Below, one piece after another: positions 10,296 to 23,347 of a stretch of 64,000 bases of DNA (position 1 is the first letter of the stretch; the number at the start of each line of letters is the position of its first letter). Below the pieces are notes generated by a model that was given only the letters and a program-made list of their open reading frames with translations, ran no database searches and was not told where the DNA came from. Source of the stretch: Squalus acanthias (lineage: Eukaryota); assembly GCA_030390025.1 (NCBI GenBank), contig CM059427.1:196664001-196728000 (forward strand). Direction: 5' to 3'. A program made the position numbers and the translations under genes.

Positions 10296-12746
10296 CTCAC
10301 TAATGTTCCTACAATTGGGAGAATGTGATGCTTGTGGCTTTTTATTCGATGTAGTTGCGTTGCCGACATTCTTGCCGGTAGATGAACGGCACCTGTTGGA
10401 GTACAAGAACTCTCCTTTGGTCGAATCTGAAGTCGAACAGGTCCCATAGCGGAAACTTTGGGAAAGTGGATCGCCCCCAAATACTTCAACGTAGTTCGGA
10501 GGGATCTGAATATTCCTACTGGCTTTCTGAATCCCATTCAGCGAGTTCCTAGCTCGAAAGCAACAGCACATATCCAGGGCACAGGTAGAGCCACCAAAAC
10601 CATTCCTGTTTTTGTGGACTGTAATAGCAAGAACAATTAAAACGACAAGAAAAATGGACGAGATTATCCCTAAAGATATAACTAAGTAAAAGCTTATATC
10701 ATGAGTCAACCCAGGATCTTCAGATAAATTGCTCATATCAGAGAGCATGTCTGTATCGCCCTCCACCACTGACAAGAGGAGTGTCATTGTAGCAGAAAGC
10801 GTCGGTGCCCCATTGTCGTTGACCACGACAACCAACCTCTGCTTATTCGCATCTCTGCCCGCGAAGCCACGGATTGTCCAGATTTCTCCTGTATCAGATG
10901 AGATAGTAAACAGTCCAGGGTCAGTCGACTGGAGAATCTGGTAAGAGAGCCGAGCATTCTGGCCCGAGTCAGCATCGGTTGCCGTTACCTTAGTAACCAG
11001 GTAGCCTGGCTCGGCAAACCTGGATACTGTCTCCAACGCTGTCGAGCCGTACTCGGTGAAAGGATGCACGATCACCGGGGCATGGTCATTCTGATCCAGG
11101 ACAATTACATCCACCGAAACGTTGCTGGTGAGTGGTGGGACTCCAGAGTCCCGGGCCTGGACCTGGATCTGAAAGCTTTTGAGTTGCTCGTAATCAAATG
11201 TTCTCTGAGAAAATATGACGCCATTTTTGGAATTGATGTTGACGTAGGTGGACACCGGCTCGCTCTGAACCTGGCTCTCGAAGATAGAGTAGAATAATCG
11301 GGAGTTCTGGTTTAAATCTGGATCAAGAGCCGTCACTGCGAAAATTGAAGTCCCAATCACGTTGTTCTCCATCACGTAAGCTGTATAGGAAGTCTGCGTA
11401 AAGCGTGGCGCGTTGTCATTTATATCCGAAATTTCCACTGGGATGGTTTTCCTGGATGCGAGAGGAGCAGACCCTGAATCAGTGCAGATGATAGAAATGT
11501 CATACTTTGAGATATTTTCTCGATCCAGCAGCTGCTTAGTGAGCAATCTGTAATAGTTCCTCAATGAAGAATCTAGGCTGAAAGGCAGGTTGTTTGCGAT
11601 TTCACATTCTACCTGCCCATTCTGTCCCGAATCTTTGTCCGATACACTGACCAGAGCAACCACAGTCCCGGGCTGGGCGTCTTCACTGACAGGACTGAAC
11701 AAAGAAGTCAGTGTCAGCTCAGGTGCGTTATCATTGACATCGATAATGTTTACCAGAATGTGACAGTATCCGGGAATTGCATTAGGGCCCTGGTCCATTG
11801 CTTCTATGTTAATCTCAAAAACACTGTCTTGTTCATAGTCCAAATTTCCTTTAACTCTGATTTCACCAGTTTTAGAATCCACACTGAACAACTCACGGAC
11901 TCTAACAGAGGTATGACTGCTGAAAGAATACAATATCTCTCCATTGGGGCCATCATCTAAATCGGTGGCATTTAATTTGATAAGCAAGGTTCCTTTGGGT
12001 GCGTTTTCTAACAGACTAATTCGGTAAACTGAATTTGGGAAGACGGGCACGTTGTCGTTTGCATCCTGCACTCCAATTATTATTTCAGCAGTGCCCGACT
12101 TTGCAGGAATCCCGCCGTCCTTGGCAATTAGACCTAACCTGTGGGTCGCTTGCTTTTCTCTGTCCAAGGGCCGTTCCAGCACTAATACTGGTAACTTTCC
12201 GTCCCCACCGCGCGAATCAATATTTAAAGCGAAATATTCGTTAGCAACCAGCTGGTAGGTTTGCAGGGAGTTGGTTCCAACGTCCGGATCGTGCGCGCAC
12301 TCCAGGGCGAAGCGCGCTCCCGGTGCAGCAACCTCCGAGATTTTAAGGCGAAACTGACTGTTCGGAAAACTGGGAGCATTGTCGTTTACATCGAGAATCT
12401 CTACTTCAATGTGATACACGGTCAAGGGATTTTCGACCACGGCCTCCAAAGACAACATGCATGCGAGGCCCGACCCACAGAGCTCTTCCCTGTCAATTTT
12501 TTCTTTCACAAACAAAATCCCATTGTCCAAATTTACCTCCAAGTACTGCTTCCGGGGACCGGGCACAATCCGAAAATTGCGAGCCGAAAGCTGTTTTGCC
12601 CGTAATCCCAGATCGTCTGCGATATTTCCAACAAAGGCGCCTAGTTGCAGCTCTTCAGGAATCGAATAGCGAATCTGTCCAGAAACCACAACCCAGAAGA
12701 GGAACATACAATACAACAGTTGCCAATGTATTTGATAATATCCCAT
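10296..12746 (-). CDS. Clustered protocadherin variable exon 3
   Basis: Six cadherin repeats plus TM; ATG 12746; donor GAG|GTGAGA at 10296/10295; read-through stop at 10281. Confidence 0.95.
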
Positions 12747-12954
12747 CGCCAGCACAAAGCATTCCAACTGCCTCAGCGCTGTACGGCGCCGTTGATTCAA
12801 TCCTGAAAATTAAGTTCTTTATATACCATTTTCTTGGAGAAGAGGAGCTACGATGCATAAAAACACCCGCACGCTCTGCGCCTCGCTGAGATTATTTCCA
12901 ACAATCCTTCTTATTTCTCTGAAAATTCTCAGCAGTCGCATAGACCTAACATAC

Positions 12955-13170
12955 GTTACGCCGTTCGCCATTCAGTTTTACACTGTATCTGATGGTGTGT
13001 GATGGTGGATGGGGAGGGAAGGGGGCAGTCAAGATCTCCGGTCACATTTCAGCTTCTGATTGGTTAACGGAGTCCTCGCACGTTCAACCAATCACTGTAC
13101 TGAGTATTTCTTAAAGCTAGAATGTCTTGGCAAATCTTTTGGTTAAAATTAACATTTATTGTTGTGCAAT
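12955..13170 (-). promoter_or_regulatory. Promoter of variable exon 3
   Basis: GAAGGGGGCAG, ATTGG-N24-CCAAT (13059-13092), ATTTATTGTTGTGCAA. Confidence 0.75.
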
Positions 13171-13679
13171 TAAAAATCTGGTCATCCTTTTCGTTCATAA
13201 TTTTAATTATCTCTGCTAAAGTGTTCCTTGTGAAATGTTTTGCAGTGAATATCCCAAGGAACAATTCCATCTCTATCTACAAAACCCATTTTTTTGGAAA
13301 CTTTACTTGTTATGTGAACCCTTCATTTTTCTGCTTTATTCTCCATTAAATGCAATTAATTCAATTTAACCTTACACATAATATTTAGTGTATGCTCAAC
13401 CACAGTGGTAGAATTTTATGACTTAATAATGGGATTGCTTCGAAAAGAGGAAAGGTTGAGGAGTATGATTTCAGTGGCTGATCCCAGACCAAGGTGGATC
13501 TTGGGTGGCATTGTATACGCTACAGAAGGAGCGATGGGCCAGTTAGAAAATGTAGAGTACATCATTTGTGAGCACATGGTGTAATTCCTCTATCGTTCTT
13601 GTTATTATTTGACAAATATGAAATAGATGGATGCACTGCCACCAAAAGGACCTGCATTTACATAGAATCCCATCAAGTG

Positions 13680-14020
13680 GGTCTGGTACCATTGTGGATA
13701 TGTTACTGGACTAGTAATCCTAGAGGCCTGGACTTATGATCTGGGAGACGTGTGTTCAAATCCCACCACAGCAGCTGGGGAATTTAAATTCAGTTAATTA
13801 AATAAATAAATAATGGTTTGTCATAAAACCCATCTGGTTCACTAATGTCCTTTAGGGAAGAAAACCTAACGTGAGCGGTTTAACTGAACACCCGGGATTC
13901 AATCCTGATCATGAGCCTTTCCTTGGTTCAAGAAGTTGGCTCACCACCACCTTCTCAAGGGCAATTAGGGGTGGGCAATAAATGCTGGCCTTGCCAGTGA
14001 TGCCCACATCCTAATAGAAA
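13680..14020 (+). mobile_element. tRNA-derived SINE-like repeat
   Basis: tRNA-like head with B box GTTCAAATCC (~13754); tail GGGCAATAAATGCTGGCCTTGCCAG..GCCCACATCC followed by an A-rich end. Confidence 0.55.
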
Positions 14021-14421
14021 AAAAATCAAGTTTTTTAGGAAACGTCTCAAAGTACTACATACACTCCCAGGTGTAGTAACTTCATTTATGGAGGCAAAAC
14101 GGTAACCTATTTATGCATAAGAGGATCCCACATGAATAAGATAAGTTATTTTTTTTGCGGTACTACTGGTGGGGAGCGGAATGTTAGTCAGGTTCCTCCA
14201 AAACTTCCAGATTGTTTTTTATTGGTTCTACACCAGGTCCAGCTATTAGGTAGCCTATTTATAAGCCCTGCTTGGAACTGCAATTCTGCTGCCAGGGGAA
14301 ATGCTCTGCACTTGCTTGGTATCATACATGCTCAGAGTTCCTCATTAAGTAATTAAAATGTAAATGTTTAGAGAGTGAGGGACAACGCCTACACTTTCTA
14401 TACATTTAAATAGAAACTTCA

Positions 14422-14473
14422 TCGAAATTTACGGAACAGAAGGAGGCCATGCAGTCCATCGTGTATGTGCTGG
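14422..14473 (-). mobile_element. ~50-bp CR1 3'-tail micro-insertion with TSD
   Basis: ACGGAACAGAAGGAGGCCATGCAGTCCATCG flanked by AAATAGAAACTTCA / AAATAAACTTCA; absent from paralogous spacers. Confidence 0.55.
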
Positions 14474-14773
14474 AAATAAACTTCAGTGGGTGTGAAAAGT
14501 ATTTAAGGGTTCATGTGGACCTGCTGAACACTTGTTAAACCTGATTTTACAATGCATTCGAGTTACACGTAAATGCAAAGGAGTGTAGAGATATACAGGG
14601 AGATAACAGTGCATAACAATGACTCGAAATGGAAAAGGCAGAGAAAACTGAAAATTGTGCCTTTAAGGTATCACTCCCTTCCCTCGTTTACAAGTGCTAT
14701 ATTTTCCTTACTATATCTGCAACTTCCGAATCAAACCTGTGAGGATTTTCTCCTCTTTTTAGAAGCGCCTCAC

Positions 14774-17242
14774 CTCATTGTTTACAGTGTTGTTGTAATT
14801 TACAGAATACATCATTCCTGGATTTTCTTTCCCGGTAGATTCATTCTGGACATAATGCGTGTCTGTAGATGATTTGCAGGTGTTGGGGGTGATAAAGTCT
14901 CTTTTCGTCGACTGCAATGTTGAACATGACTCGTAGCGGAAACTCTGAGAAAGTGGATCACCCCCGAATACCTCAACGTAGTTTGGTGGTATCTGAAGGT
15001 TTCTACTGGCCTTTTGAATTCCATTCAGAGAATTTCTCGTTGCAAAGCAGCAACAGACACCCAGGGAACAGTGCTGTCCTCCCGAACCATTTCTGCTTTT
15101 ATGAATCTTAACAGCCAGGATAATCAAAATTACTAGAAAAATGATAGAAATTATCCCTAAGGCGATGACCAAGGAAAGGCTCATATCAGGATGGAATCCA
15201 GGGTTTTCAGGTAAACCACTAACATTAGAAAACATTTCAGTAGCGCTTCCCACTACAGATAGGATGATAGTCACAGTGGCAGAAAGGGATGGTGTTCCAT
15301 TGTCTCTTACCACAATCACCAATCTTTGCTTAAAGGCATCTTTATTCGCAATACGACGGATAGTCCAAATTTCTCCAGTGTCTTGTGAAATAGTAAAAAG
15401 GTTATGATGGGTAGCCTGAAAAATCTGATAAGAAAGACGAGCATTCTGACTGGCGTCAGCATCAGTGGCCGATACCTTGGCAACCAAGTAGCCTGGTTCT
15501 GCAAGCCTGGATATTGTCTCTGTTGCTGTCGACCCATACTCGGGTAATGGGTGCACGATCACTGGAACATTGTCATTCTGATCAAGGATAACAACATCCA
15601 CTGAAACGTTACTGGCGAGTGTTGGGACTCCAGAGTCCTGGACCTGAACTTGGATCTGAAAGATTTTCAATTGCTCGTAGTCAAAAGATCTCTGAGCAAA
15701 TATGACACCATTCTCCGAGTTTATAGACACGTAAGTGGCAACTGAGGCGCCCTGAACTTGAGTGTCCAGGATAGTATAGTTCAGTCGAGCGTTCTGTCCT
15801 ACATCTGGATCGACGGCTGTCACTGAGAATATAGAAGTCCCAATGAGGTTGTTCTCCATCACGTTTGCCGTGTATAAATGCTGCGTAAACCTTGGTGCGT
15901 TGTCATTTATATCCGAAACCTCTACCCGAATGGTTTTCTTGGATGTGAGAGGAGAGTTTCCTGCATCCCTGCATGTTATAGTAACGTCATACCTGGAGGT
16001 ATGTTCGCGGTCCAGTAGATGCTGAATCAGCAGTCTATAATAGTTCTTCAAAGATGAATCTAGTTTAAAGGGCAGTTTGTTTGAAATTTGACATTGTACC
16101 TGTCCGTTTTGTCCCGAATCTTTGTCTGTTGCACTGAACAGAGCCACTACAGTCCCAAGCGGAGCATCTTCTGACACTGTACTTGACAAAGACCTCAACA
16201 TCACTTCAGGTGCGTTATCATTCACGTCAATAATGTGCACCAGCACATTACAATGCTGGGGCATTGCATCAGAACCCTTGTCCATTGCTTGTATATTAAT
16301 CTCAAAAATATTGCTTTCTTCATAGTCCAAATTCCCTTTCACTCTGATTTCGCCAGTTTTGGAATCTACGCCAAACAGTTCACGGGCTCTAGCGGCAGTA
16401 TGGCTACTGAGCGAGTACATTATCTCCCCATTGGAATCATCGTCCAAGTCGGTGGCGTTTAATGTGATTATCAGGGTTCCTGTGGGTGCAGTTTCCAACA
16501 GGCTGACCCTATAAACCGACTGGGAGAAAACCGGCGCGTTGTCGTTCGCATCCTTTACTACGATTCTAACCTGAACAGTGCCCGATCTTACAGGGACCCC
16601 GCCGTCCTTGGCTATTAGCGTTAACCTGTGGGTGGATTCCTTTTCTCTATCCAAGGATCTCTGCAACACCAACACTGGCAACTTTCTTTCCCCGCTGCCC
16701 ATCTGTACATCGAGAATAAAATGATCGTTCGGGAGGAGCTGGTATGTTTGTACTGAGTTGTTTCCAATGTCCGGATCGTGCGCGGACTCGAGGGGGAAGC
16801 GCGCTCCCGGCGCAGCAAGCTCGGAGATTTCAAGGCGGAACTCGTCCTTTGGAAAACTGGGAGCATTGTCATTTACATCGAGAATCTCCACTTCAACCTG
16901 ATACAGATTGAGGGGATTTTCAAGCACAGCATCCAAGGTTAACACACAAGTCAGGCTCGGCCCGCAAATCTGTTCTCTGTCAATTTTATCCTTGATAAAC
17001 AAAATTCCATTGTCTAAATTTACGTCCACATACTGTTTGCTGGGCCCGGCCACAATCCGCAAACTGCGAGCCGAGAGCTGCTTTACATCTAAACTCAAAG
17101 CGGCGGCGATATTCCCAACAAAGGCGCCCAGTTGCAGTTCTTCAGGAATCGAATAATGAATCCTCCCAGAAACGAGATTCCACGAGGAGAATACACAGAA
17201 CAATAGTTGGCATTTCAGCAACCAATATATTTTAAATCTCAT
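14774..17242 (-). CDS. Clustered protocadherin variable exon 4 (amplified subfamily)
   Basis: 823 codons MRFKIY...NNE; donor GAG|GTGAGG; read-through stop at 14759. Confidence 0.95.
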
Positions 17243-17439
17243 TTCCAGCGTGAAACATCCCAATTGTTTGAGTACGTTTCTGCACCATTAATTATGCTTT
17301 TTACAGTTATTTGGATGTTTTTAACTCGACGTCCTACGATGTACCAAATACCTGCACATTTTGCGAATCGCTCGGCATATTTCATTTAAATCTTCCCATT
17401 TTGTCTACAATTGCCACTGGATTCTTGCACAAATCCTTC

Positions 17440-17650
17440 GGAGCTGCTCGCTATCCAAGTTTACACTGCGTCTGATCTTACGTGTTGGTGGCTGGGTAGT
17501 GAAGGGGGTAGGCCGGATCACCAGTCACATCTCAGCATCTGATTGGTGAACAGAGGCACACTGAAATTCAACCAATCAGAATACCGTTCATTTCTTAAAG
17601 CTGGAAGGTCTCAAACCAGCGCAGATATTTATATTTATTGTTGCACAATT
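17440..17650 (-). promoter_or_regulatory. Promoter of variable exon 4
   Basis: GCTCGCTATCCAA, G-box, ATTGG-N25-CCAAT (17542-17576), TTGTTGCACAA. Confidence 0.75.
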
Positions 17651-17777
17651 AAAAATTGAATTAAATTTTTCTTTCAGTCTGTATATTTCTGTCTGTTGCG
17701 AGAAGTTAGCTCTAGAACTGAATTACAACGAATATCTTAATGGTCAGCTATGAGGAATCTGCATACAAGAAATAAAA

Positions 17778-19400
17778 ACATAAGAACGGAAGGAGCCAGC
17801 ATAACACTTTTGGCCCATCAATACAATTCCATTTATAATTCATCTATGATTATTCCTTCATGGTTTTCCAACTCCAAACAGCTGTTGATTCCTACTTAAG
17901 GAAGATTAAATTTTATCCGCATCCTCCCATAAAGATCAATCGACATTTTTCAGATTTCTATAATGCTCCGCCTCTCTTCCAAACAGAAATCCAGCTAGCT
18001 GTCTTATTAAGATGTTATGTCACCTAGAATAAACTCCATTTTCTGCGCCACACGATCACTAACCTGTGAAAAATGCATTTTCTAATCTCTAAGGGTGCTT
18101 GATCATTGCGAATGTTATGCTTAACTTCCCTATTCTTACACTCAGGTCCAAGTTAAGCAGTTTGTTGTCTTCAGTTTTATATATAGCTTTCAACATTTTA
18201 AAGGCTTGCATGCGTAAACCCCTCTATCTTCATTTCTAAAGTGCAAAGAAATGCAGTTATCTAAGCTGTTAGTCAAAACTTAATGCCAAAGGCCTAAAGT
18301 CATCCTGGTCACCCTTCAAACTCTTTCTAATGCAGGTATGATATTTTTGACCAACACTGCAGGCCATACTCCGGAATTGGCCGTAAACTTATTTGTACAA
18401 TTTCAGCATAAGTTGTCATGACTTAAAAACCAGTACTTTTCAGTTAATGTGCCATTCTCAATTTTCATATTACAACCCCTTTCCCATTGACTAGACGCAT
18501 TCAGGGTATAATCCACGATCACTCCCATATCTTTTTAAAAACCTTTTCAGCCTATGCCGGTGGAGATTTTTTCTCGTTGTACACATGCTTGCTGATATTG
18601 ATGATATATAAGATAATCTTACTTTTATCCACATTAAAAAACATATTTCAATTTTCATCACTGGTAAATGTCATTCTGCAAATACTCATGTTTCTTCCAC
18701 CTCACCACCTGCATACACACACCTTTGTGTCACTAGGAAAAGTAATAACACGACTACACCATGTCCATATGATTTACAAACATTGTTAAAGGTAGAGATC
18801 CAAGAAAGGATCCTTGAAGAATATGCCAGGAAATAGTAACCACCGACTTCTGTCTTCTGGCACTAAGTCAATTCTCATTCCATCTAGATAATATGTCATC
18901 TATTCCATGAGCCTTAAACTCCTCTACCAGTCTAACGTTTGGACTGTTGTCACTTGTCCATTGCAAATCTAAGTAAACTACATCTATTGATATAATCTAG
19001 ATTAGTTACCTCTCAAAGAATTTCATTATAGTGGTAAGGTGCGGCCTTTCATTTCTAAAACAATTTTAAGGATACCTGTGCTCCCTGGCTCTCAAATGGA
19101 GCATCCTGCAAATGGTTGTGAAGTGTCTTCCCACTTTGGACGTTAGGTGAACTGTTGTGTTATTACCAGTATAGTGCCTTACTTCTTTTTGTAATGTTGA
19201 AATTGCATTACTTATCCTTAGGTCCCTAGGTGCTGTATTTATAGAATTCAGAAAAGTATCAACAGGTCTCAATGAACTTAGATTCAGCCAAACCTTTAAT
19301 CTCCTGTTCTAATTGCCCACTTTGAATTTAGCTGTGCAAACGTTGGATGGTATTTTCAATATTTGCTTACTAAAATTCAAATCCAGGAGAGAAGATTGGC
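17778..19400 (-). mobile_element. Fossil CR1 LINE ORF2/3' end in spacer (copy A)
   Basis: 3' tail CATAAGAACGGAAGGAGCC..TTGGCCCATC; RT remnant TLQKEVRHYTGNNTTVHLTSKVGR resembles LFKKG...GNYRPVSLTSVVGK. Confidence 0.7.
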
Positions 19401-20342
19401 ATATTGCATGAACACACTGGACTTTTTGCTCTCGTGCATGGGCCTCAATTCCGCCCAGACTAAGTGGCTGACATTATCATATCTGTTTTAGCTGTCACTG
19501 GCCAGAAATATATAGGTACCAATCTCCTACCATATCTATAGAGCACGATGAGGTGTGAGGGAGTGACTGGAGTTGGACGGTGGTCTCCCCTGCAGTCTTT
19601 CCAGACACAGGGATATATTTCCCATGTTGGTACACATCTGGACAGAACTCCATTCACTGGTATCTAAATATGACTTAGAAGAGATCTGACGTACACACCG
19701 ATTCCCTGTTGACATTAAAAAGATTCAAAATGAATATTTTTAAGATATTTAACCGATCTAACATAAGTTTTTCTGCAATTTGTGTGAAGCCCAACAATAC
19801 AAGACGACCTGATTAATTTAGGATGATCTGAAACTCAGAAACCTACTGATATTAATTAGTTGGAACTAAGACGCTGACACCATGGCAACTAGGATGTAAC
19901 CAACAGTTACAGTACCTGTCTAGAACTCTTATTCTACTGCCAAGGAAAGGACTTGCACAGTTTCTCGCAAGATAGTTAAATATAAACGTTTAGAGAATGT
20001 GGGACAATTTCAAACTTCCTATACGTTTAAATAAACTCCATTTGGTTTGGAAAGTGCCAACAGTATCATATGGGGCTCCAGCATACTTTTAAACCCGGGT
20101 TGACAAGGCATTGGAGTTACATAAAATCAAAAAGAAACATAAACACATCCTAGGAGATAACACTATATAGCAACGCGACAGGCTTGTTGGCTAGAAATAG
20201 AAATAGTGCAGGAAACTGAGAATTTTGCCATTAAGATATTACTTGCATTCTATTCATTTGCATGAGCTGGCTTTTCCGAAATGTATCTGTACACCCAAAT
20301 CAAACCTGTGGGGAACTTCTTCTAATTTTAGAAGCACCTCAC

Positions 20343-22811
20343 CTCATTGCTCACAGTGCTGTTGTAATTTTCAGAATTCATCATGCCTGGGTTTTCTTTC
20401 CCGGTAGATTCATTCTGGACATAACGTGTGTCTGTAGAAGTCCTGCAGATGTTGGGGTTGATGAAGTCTCTCTTCGTCGACTGCAATGTTGAACATGATT
20501 CGTAGCGGAAACTCTGAGAAAGTGGATCACCCCCGAATACCTCCACATAGTTCGGAGGTAACTGAAGGTTTCTACTGGCCTTTTGAATTCCATTCAGAGA
20601 ATTTCTTGTTTCAAAGCAGCAACAAACACCCAGGGAACAGTGCTGTCCTCCTAAACCATTTCTGCTTTTATGAATCTTAACAGCCAGGATAATCAAAATT
20701 ACTAGAAAAATGATAGATATTATCCCTAAGGCGATGACCAAGGAAAGGCTCATATCAGGATTGAATCCAGGGTCTTCAGGTAAACCACTCACATTAGAAA
20801 ACATTTCAGTAGCGCTTCCCACCACAGATAGGATGATAGTCACAGTGGCAGAAAGGGATGGTGTTCCATTGTCTCTTACCACAATCACCAATCTTTGCTT
20901 CGAGGCATCTTTATTCACAATACGACGGATAGTCCAAATTTCTCCAGTGTCTGGTGAAATAGTAAAAAGGTTATGATGGGTGGCCTGAAAAATCTGATAA
21001 GAAAGACGAGCATTCTGACCGGCGTCAGCATCAGTGGCCGATACCTTGGCAACCAAGTAGCCTGGTTCTGCAAACCTGGATATTGTCTCTGTTGCTGTCG
21101 ACCCAAACTCTGGTAATGGGTGCACGATCACTGGAACATTGTCATTCTGATCAAGGATAACAACATCCACTGAAACGTTACTGGCGAGTGTTGGGACTCC
21201 AGAGTCCTGGACCTGAACTTGGATCTGAAAGTTTTTCAATTGCTCGTAGTCAAAAGATCTCTGAGCAAATATGACACCATTCTCCGAGTTTATAGCGACA
21301 TAACTGGCTGCTGAGGCGCCCTGAACTTGAGTGTCCAGGATAGAGTAGTTCAGTCGAGCGTTCTGTCCTACATCTGGATCAATGGCTGTCACTGTGAATA
21401 TGGAAGTCCCAATAATGTTGTTCTCCATCACGTTTGCCGTGTATAAATGCTGCGTAAACCTTGGTGCGTTGTCATTTATATCGGAAACCTCTACCCGAAT
21501 GGTTTTCTTGGATGTGAGAGGAGGGTTTCCTGCATCCCGGCATGTTATAATAACTTCATACCTGGAGGTATGTTCGCGGTCCAGTAGATGCTGAATCAGC
21601 AGTCTATAATAGTTCTTCAAAGATGAATCTAATTTAAAGGGCAGTTTATTTGAGATTTGACATTGTACCTGCCCGTTTTGTCCCGAATCTTTGTCTACTG
21701 CACTGAACAGAGCCACTACAGTCCCACTTGCAGCATCTTCTGAAACTGTACTTGACAAAGACGTTAACGTCACCTCAGGTGCGTTATCATTCACGTCAAT
21801 AATGTTCACCAACACATCACAGTGCCCAGACATTGGGTTTAAACCCTTGTCAATTGCTTGTATGTTAATCTCAAAAATATTGCTGTCTTCATAGTTCAAA
21901 TTCCCTTTCACTCTGATTTCTCCAGTTATAGAATCTACACCAACTAGTTCACGGGCTGTAGCAGAACTATAGCTACTGAGCGAGTACATTATCTCCCCAT
22001 TGGGACCATCGTCCAAGTCAGTGGCGTTTACCGTGATTATCAGGGTTCCTGTGGGTGCACGTTCCAACAGGCTGACCCTATAAACCAACTGAGGGAAAAC
22101 AGGCGCGTTGTCGTTTTCATCCTTTACTATGATTGTAACCTGAACAGTGCCCGATCTTACAGGAACCCCGCCGTCCTTGGCTATTAGCACTAACCTGTGG
22201 GTGGATTCAGTTTCTCTATCCAAGGACCTCTGCAACACCAACACTGGCAACTTTCCTTTCCCACTGCGGATTTGTACATCGAGAATAAAATAATCGTTCG
22301 GGAGGAGTTGGTAGGTTTGTACTGAGTTGGTTCCAATGTCCGGATCGTGCGCGGACTCGAGGGGGAAGCGCGCTCCCGGCGCAGCAAGCTCGGAGATTTC
22401 AAGGCGGAGCTCGTCCTTTGGAAAACTGGGAGCATTGTCATTTACATCGAGAATCTCCACTTCAACCTGGTACAGATTGAGGGGATTTTCAAGCACAACA
22501 TCCAAGGTTAACACACAAGTGAGGCTCGGCCCGCAAATCTGTTCTCTGTCAATTTTATCCTTGACAAAAAAAATTCCATTGTCTAAATTTACGTCCACAT
22601 ACTGTTCGCTGGGCCCGGCCACAATCCGCAAACTGCGAGCCGAGAGCTGCTTTACATCTAAACCCAAATCGGCGGCGATATTCCCAACAAAGGCGCCCAG
22701 TTGCAGTTCTTCAGGAATCGAATAATGAATCCTCCCAGAAACGAGATCCCACGAGGAGAATACACAGAACAATAGTTGGCATTTCAGCAACCAATATATT
22801 TTAAATCTCAT
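20343..22811 (-). CDS. Clustered protocadherin variable exon 5
   Basis: Intact 823-codon paralog of exon 4; donor GAG|GTGAGG. Confidence 0.95.
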
Positions 22812-23009
22812 TTCCAGCGTGAAACATCCCAATTTTTTCAGTACGTTTCTGCACCATTAATTATGCTTTTTACAGTTATTTGGATGTTTGTTTAACTCGA
22901 CGTACTAGGATGTACCAAATACCTGCACATTTTGCGAATCGCTCGGCATATTTCATTTAAATCTTCCCATTTTGTTTCAAATTGCCACTGGATTCTTGCA
23001 CAAACCTTC

Positions 23010-23220
23010 GGAGCTGCTCGCTATCCAAGTTTACACTGCGTCTGATCTTACGTGTTGGTGGCTGGGTAGTGAAGGGGGCAGGCCGGATCACCAGTCACAT
23101 CTCAGCTTCTGATTGGTGAACAGAGGCACATTGAAATTCAACCAATCAGAATACCGTTCATTTCTTAAAGCTGGAAGGTCTCAAACCAGCGCAGATATTT
23201 ATGTTTTCTGTTGCACAATT
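23010..23220 (-). promoter_or_regulatory. Promoter of variable exon 5
   Basis: Same module; CCAAT pair 23112-23146. Confidence 0.75.
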
Positions 23221-23347
23221 AAAAATTGGATTAAGCTTTTCCTTCAGTCTGTAGGTTTCTGTCTGTTGCGAAAAGTTAGCTCTAGAACTGAATTACAACG
23301 AATATCTTAATGGTCAGCTATGAGGAACCTGCATACAAGAAATAAAA

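Noticed and set aside
17243-17263. TTG/GTG-initiated N-terminal extensions in the ORF track
   Set aside because: Eukaryotic locus; exon 10 has an in-frame TAG there, and the downstream ATG already gives a normal signal peptide
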